24,996 nt of DNA from Candidatus Jordarchaeia archaeon (GTDB lineage: Archaea; Asgardarchaeota; Jordiarchaeia; Jordiarchaeales; Jordiarchaeaceae), in the NCBI GenBank assembly GCA_029856435.1, contig JAHQXB010000033.1:1-24996 (forward strand), given 5' to 3'. The notes beneath the pieces were generated by a model. The model worked only from the letters and a program-made list of their open reading frames with translations, was not told the DNA's origin and did not search any database. Positions 20,714 through 24,996 of this stretch are shown here, one piece after another. The first letter of the stretch is position 1. Each line of letters begins with the position of its first letter. The position numbers and the translations under genes were made by a program.

Positions 20714-21424
20714 ATGAAGGATGAAGAACGTGAAACAAAAAAGGGTGAAGAGAACTCAGAAGATGGGGGCGAGGAAGGTGATGATGATAGAGCGGCACTG
20801 AAACTTTTAGTGCAGCTCCTAGAAAGCGAAAACGATGAGGAACGCTCAAACGCCGCAGAAGCCATAGCGGACTACGCCGTAGGGGGACTCACCGACCAAT
20901 CCGCTTTACCCAAACTCGTAAAACTTCTAGATGACCCAAGCCAAAATGCGCGTATAAACGCCGCCCTCGCATTATCCAACTATGCTAACCAGGGATTCGT
21001 GGAACAGTCAATCCTTCCTAAACTGGTAAAACTGCTTGAAGACCCACAAGAGGAGATAAGAGTGTTTTCCGTACCAGCCCTCAGCGCCTACGCCTCCAAG
21101 GGGCTCACTGACCCGTCTGTACCATCCAAGCTTGTGAAACTTCTGGAAGGAGACGAAGAGGTACGCCTGTTCACACTGGCAGCCATAAAATCATATGCCA
21201 CAGCTGGACAAGTGGACAGAGTGGCTCTGCCCAAACTTGTGGAACTACTCGATGATGAAAACGAAATGATACGATTACAAGCCCTACAAGTCCTACGAGA
21301 ATACACGTCCAGAGGACTGACGGACAGTTCCGCCCTGCCAAAACTCGCCAAACTGGCAGAGGACGAATACCAAGACGATGAAATCCGCTCCATAGCCACA
21401 GAACTCCTCAAAACTGCGAAATAA
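20714..21424 (+). CDS. HEAT-repeat protein (six ~36-aa repeats) with acidic N-terminal tail
   Basis: Repeat consensus ALPKLVKLLxDxxEExRxxAxxALxxYAxxGLTxxS, seen six times. Start is ATG 20714 or TTG 20708. Confidence 0.9.
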   Translation: MKDEERETKKGEENSEDGGEEGDDDRAALKLLVQLLESENDEERSNAAEAIADYAVGGLTDQSALPKLVKLLDDPSQNARINAALALSNYANQGFVEQSILPKLVKLLEDPQEEIRVFSVPALSAYASKGLTDPSVPSKLVKLLEGDEEVRLFTLAAIKSYATAGQVDRVALPKLVELLDDENEMIRLQALQVLREYTSRGLTDSSALPKLAKLAEDEYQDDEIRSIATELLKTAK

Positions 21425-21922
21425 AAAGTCCTCACACCACTTTTTAAATTGAGATTTTCCCGTAGGACTCCTAGAATTCACCCGAGAGCAGCTGGGCACA
21501 GCTTCGAGCCCCAATGTTTCTTGCTCATATAGTGTTTTCAATATTTTTTGTCGGAAAAACAATTCTGCAATTTCCTATTATAAGTCTTTTACCGAAAAAG
21601 GCCAAAAATAGCTTTCCCAAACCGTAAAAAGACAAAAATTCCTCGAAATACTATAACACCAACCTTGGCTTCACAAGTCTCCTTTACGGAGGGAGGTAAC
21701 TTCCAGTTTTCTCAAGTTTTGGGCGCTAAAGGGAGCTTCTCTTTTTGATCAAAGATGAACACCTGTCGATAATTGGAGTTCTGACCAAATCAAATTTAGC
21801 GACAAAAATATATTCTATGGGACTTTTGTTCTATATGAAGTTTTTAATAATTCGGCGGGATTCTGCTTGGCAGATTTCCATAAGGATTAAACTTTATAAT
21901 TTGTGAGATAATGTAAGTATTT

Positions 21923-22891
21923 GTGGTGAGATGGATAGAGATGGATGAAGAATTGAAGAGAGAGTTAAGCAGAGATGAGCAGGAGATTGTGGAACTTGTG
22001 GAAAGGGCTGTGGAAGGCTTCGCGAATATTGAAGATTGGGAATTTGAGGGCGAGACTTTGAGGCTTTTCTCAGACCTGAACCTTTATTTCACCATTGATT
22101 TTGCGGATGGAAATCTCCACTTATACTCTGAAAGTAACTATGGAATATCCGCTCCGCAGGGTGACACGGTGGAGGAATTGGCCAACTGGTTCAGAGAATA
22201 CGCGGAACAAATAGAGAAGGAAAACAGGAGAATGATTGAACTGGGATTTGTACCTGGAGAAGTTGACCACGACAATGTATACAACATTTTTTGTCTCTAT
22301 CGCAAAACCTACCCCTTTAAACAATTGAACGATCTGAAGGAAGACCTGAAAAAACTCTCCTCACTCTGGGACGAGTTGGACAAAGACTGGAAAAGACTCT
22401 GCCCCGAATACCAATATTTTGGCAATCAAGAAGATTACCTGTGCGAAGACGAAAGAAGGCTGGAAGAACTGGTAGAACAATTGGAAGATCAGGATAGACA
22501 GACCCAGCTTAACGCTTTAATAGCGATTGGGGATTATGCCATCGACGGATTTACCACAGAGTCCGCTCTGCCAAAACTAATAAAGCTACTAGACCATGAG
22601 GACGAAGAAATACGGATCCAAGCAGCCTACGTACTTGGAGACTACGCCACTGGAGGACTCACAGTTGACACCGCCCCGCCCAAACTCGAAAAACTACTAG
22701 ACGAAGAAAACGAAAAAGTACGCGGAGGAGCAGCATACGCCCTAGCTACCTACGCTCACCAAGGACTCACAATCAAATCCGCCCTACCCAAACTGGCAAA
22801 ACTATTTAAAGAAAGCGCAAGCGAAGAAACCCGCGACTACGCAGCATACGCCCTAGACGAATACGACGAAAGAGGACTAAAACTCAAATAA
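21923..22891 (+). CDS. Two-part protein: acidic alpha/beta N-terminal domain + four HEAT repeats (322 aa)
   Basis: The C-terminal ~145 aa carry the same ALPKL.KLL...E.R..AAYAL..YA..GLT repeat as the upstream gene. The N-terminal ~175 aa are unassigned. Confidence 0.88.
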   Translation: MVRWIEMDEELKRELSRDEQEIVELVERAVEGFANIEDWEFEGETLRLFSDLNLYFTIDFADGNLHLYSESNYGISAPQGDTVEELANWFREYAEQIEKENRRMIELGFVPGEVDHDNVYNIFCLYRKTYPFKQLNDLKEDLKKLSSLWDELDKDWKRLCPEYQYFGNQEDYLCEDERRLEELVEQLEDQDRQTQLNALIAIGDYAIDGFTTESALPKLIKLLDHEDEEIRIQAAYVLGDYATGGLTVDTAPPKLEKLLDEENEKVRGGAAYALATYAHQGLTIKSALPKLAKLFKESASEETRDYAAYALDEYDERGLKLK

Positions 22892-23225
22892 AGAGACGCA
22901 GAAAACCCTGATTTCCATCACATTTATTTTTCCGATTTATTGCATTCCAAAATTAAACCCACATCCTTAGAAAATCAAGGATACATAATAAAATATTCAT
23001 AAGCGCCATCTGAACAACCCCAAATATGAGAGTAAACGTGACAAATATTCGGCAATCGGAATTCAAAAAGAGACTTCAAAACATGTCAGATTCCCACAGG
23101 GATGCAAGGCAAGTGTACATCAAACCCTTCAACGAGAGACGAGAAAAACATAGAAGGTTTAGGAAAAATTCTGAGATTTAAGGTCTAATGTCCTATATCC
23201 GGTTTTTTTAAGTGAGGAAGTTTAA

Positions 23226-23534
23226 ATGAATCAAAAGAACAGAGAAAAAGGTAGCGAGAAATTATCGATGAATACTACGATAAGCGTATGCATCAACTTC
23301 TTGAGCCGCTGTATGAAGACTTCCAGAAGTGGAGAGGAGGAGAGCTAAGCCACTACGAGCTACTCGAAAGAATACACCAAGGTTCGTAAAGAAAACCAAA
23401 AATTATAACGAATATTCACATCAAGCCGAGACTTACTACTAAAAGTTATTGAGTTCGAAGCAGAAATGGAGAGGAAGCAGACCACCGCCACAGAGGAAAA
23501 AACTATCCGCGACGACGAAAACAAACCCGTATAA
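23226..23534 (+). pseudogene. Degraded small helical hypothetical protein
   Basis: Pieces in different frames join as MNQKNREK / REIIDEYYDKRMHQLLEPLYEDFQKWRGGELSHYELLERIH / KVRKENQKL*RIFTSSRDLLLKVIEFEAE...KPV*: two frameshifts and one in-frame TAA. Confidence 0.6.
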
Positions 23535-23643
23535 TAAAATTTGAAGCCAAAACCCCCACAAGTCGTATAAAAGAAGGAGACTCAGACAGTACTCTGAATA
23601 TTAGCGATAAAATAATTAAAGAAAAAGCATTCTCTGAAAATAG

Positions 23644-24173
23644 AGGAAGATAATAATCCCAAATGTATATGTATCTAAGGTTGCTTTAAAGTATCGAAAA
23701 GGTCTTTGGCGCAGAATCGAGATTCTGGAGAACCAAACTCTCGGTGAATTTGACTACATTATACGAAGCCTTCAAACATGACACATTTGATCACCTAAGC
23801 GAGTTCTACTTAGGCTGAACAGGAGGCTCAAAAGGATTTGGTGAAATTGAACCCGGCGGAGGAGGCGCAGGAGCTGGGAAACGAATAAATCAAATCAGAC
23901 TCACTGAAGACCAAAAAATGGAGTACCTCCACGACTTACAACATCCAACACAGTATCATCCTTGAAAAAATCAAAGAACTAGGAATAGGAGTCGGGTATC
24001 CTCGCATAGTCTCTCAAAGCAGGCCAGGACATCGCTACTGTGAAATATGCAAAAATAAGGGCGAAAAAATAGTAGCCAATTGGATTCGCATCACATACTC
24101 AGAAGAGAAGACGAGAAATATGTACATATGTGATGATTGTGCTAAGAAAAAAAACACGGTGACCATTACATAG
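23644..24173 (+). pseudogene. Degraded PRiA4b ORF3 / IS1096 passenger TnpR-family protein with C-terminal zinc finger
   Basis: Fragments VALKYRKGLWRRIEILENQTLGEFDYIIR / AFKHDTFDHLSEFYLG*...RINQIRLTEDQKMEYL / NIQHSIILEKIKE...YPRIVSQ...YCEICK...YICDDC fit the family pattern WRRIxI..xTL...DHLxEF...Y.YDFGD.W.H.I.LE...YP. Two frameshifts and one TGA. Confidence 0.75.
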
Positions 24174-24337
24174 CATAGAAGAAATAGTCTACTAATACGT
24201 AGACACACTAATTAAGAGATATACCATGAAACGAACATAGTCAGTCTCTCCACAACTATCCAGGCCCGTAACCCAATTTTCAAAAAGAATTTCACTCACA
24301 ACAGGTATCATACTTAAATTAGGGATCCCTACTTCCT

Positions 24338-24486
24338 CAATACTGTTCGAAAGATGTTTTTAGCCGTTTTTACTTAAGGGAAAATTATGTGCTCTGTGGC
24401 TGTTTTTGGCGAGAAAAACAAGTGCGCAAACAAGCCTTCAGATAAGCCCACTCCGCTCCCTCAACCCAATTTTTCGAACACTATTT
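24338..24486 (+). mobile_element. 149-bp MITE, copy 2
   Basis: 143/149 identical to the reverse complement of 139-287. Ends are CAATACTGTTCGAAAGAT and ATTTTTCGAACACTATTT. Perfect 10-bp target duplication CCTACTTCCT (24328-24337 and 24487-24496). Confidence 0.95.
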
Positions 24487-24996
24487 CCTACTTCCTGCAT
24501 CTAGGGAAGCTTCCCGCTAATCCGTTGTCCGAAACTTACCCATCTTGGGACATTCTCCCAGAGGGGTATTCGATTGTTCGGTTCCTGCTTCGTAGGACAA
24601 GACGCCTGCACTGGGGCATAAACCTCTCCACTATGCCAAGCATTTTTGCGTCCCTTCGCCCAGCTGGGGATGACGATGGGCGTGGCTCAACGCAAGTTGC
24701 GGGTTTGAGCTTCTTCTGGCAGTCCAGTCACATTCAAGCCTTTTTTGGACTGATAAGCTGGCGTGATTCTTGTGGGGTGTTAAAACTGCTTCTATTTATA
24801 AAAAGTCAGACGAGAAAAACTTTTCAAAATGTTACGAGCTTCCTTCAGCTCTCAGATTCTTAAGATAGATGAGAGATATGATGTTCAATTAACAATGTAC
24901 ACCTGATTTACTGAAAATTGGTTTCCCCCTTTTGATGCATTTGGGTTTGGTATGGAGGGGCCAATCTTGTTTCCTTGTCAAATCTCTCTATTGCCC

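Noticed and set aside
23026-23190. Possible degraded RelE/ParE toxin (MRVNVTNIRQSEFKKRLQNM...)
   Set aside because: Too short and lacking diagnostic residues; no antitoxin gene recognised.
24387-24863. 158-aa plus-strand ORF
   Set aside because: Its ATG and first 33 codons lie inside the MITE; without the element the frame hits TAA at 24315 with no start codon; the peptide is unrecognisable.

Overview
Archaeal genomic window (Cdc48/VAT ATPase, Phr/HSR1-like regulator, BRE-TATA promoter, GAGGTG ribosome-binding sites); the lineage cannot be fixed from the sequence alone. No rRNA, tRNA or CRISPR array was recognised. The intact core runs: multi-Cys zinc-ribbon protein, acyl-CoA ligase, V4R protein, a heat-shock cluster (hsp20-cdc48-Phr/HSR1-like repressor), a 1377-aa protein joining a gamma-glutamyl/carboxylate-amine ligase (GCS2/YbdK) domain to beta-sandwich-like domains through a long Pro/Lys-rich linker, a convergent gene fusing a Cdc48-type N-domain to a VWA domain, an amidohydrolase, a long coiled-coil protein and two related HEAT-repeat genes. 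Small accessory genes are frequently broken (at least four frameshifted pseudogenes). Two 96%-identical copies of a 149-bp non-autonomous IS-like element (MITE) with 18-bp terminal inverted repeats and 10-bp target duplications lie at 139-287 and 24338-24486. The + strand alternates between G+T-rich and A+C-rich kilobase blocks that switch inside genes. The best candidates for a new system are the Cdc48N-VWA and ligase-beta-sandwich fusions next to the cdc48 heat-shock cluster; a functional link between them is a hypothesis only.
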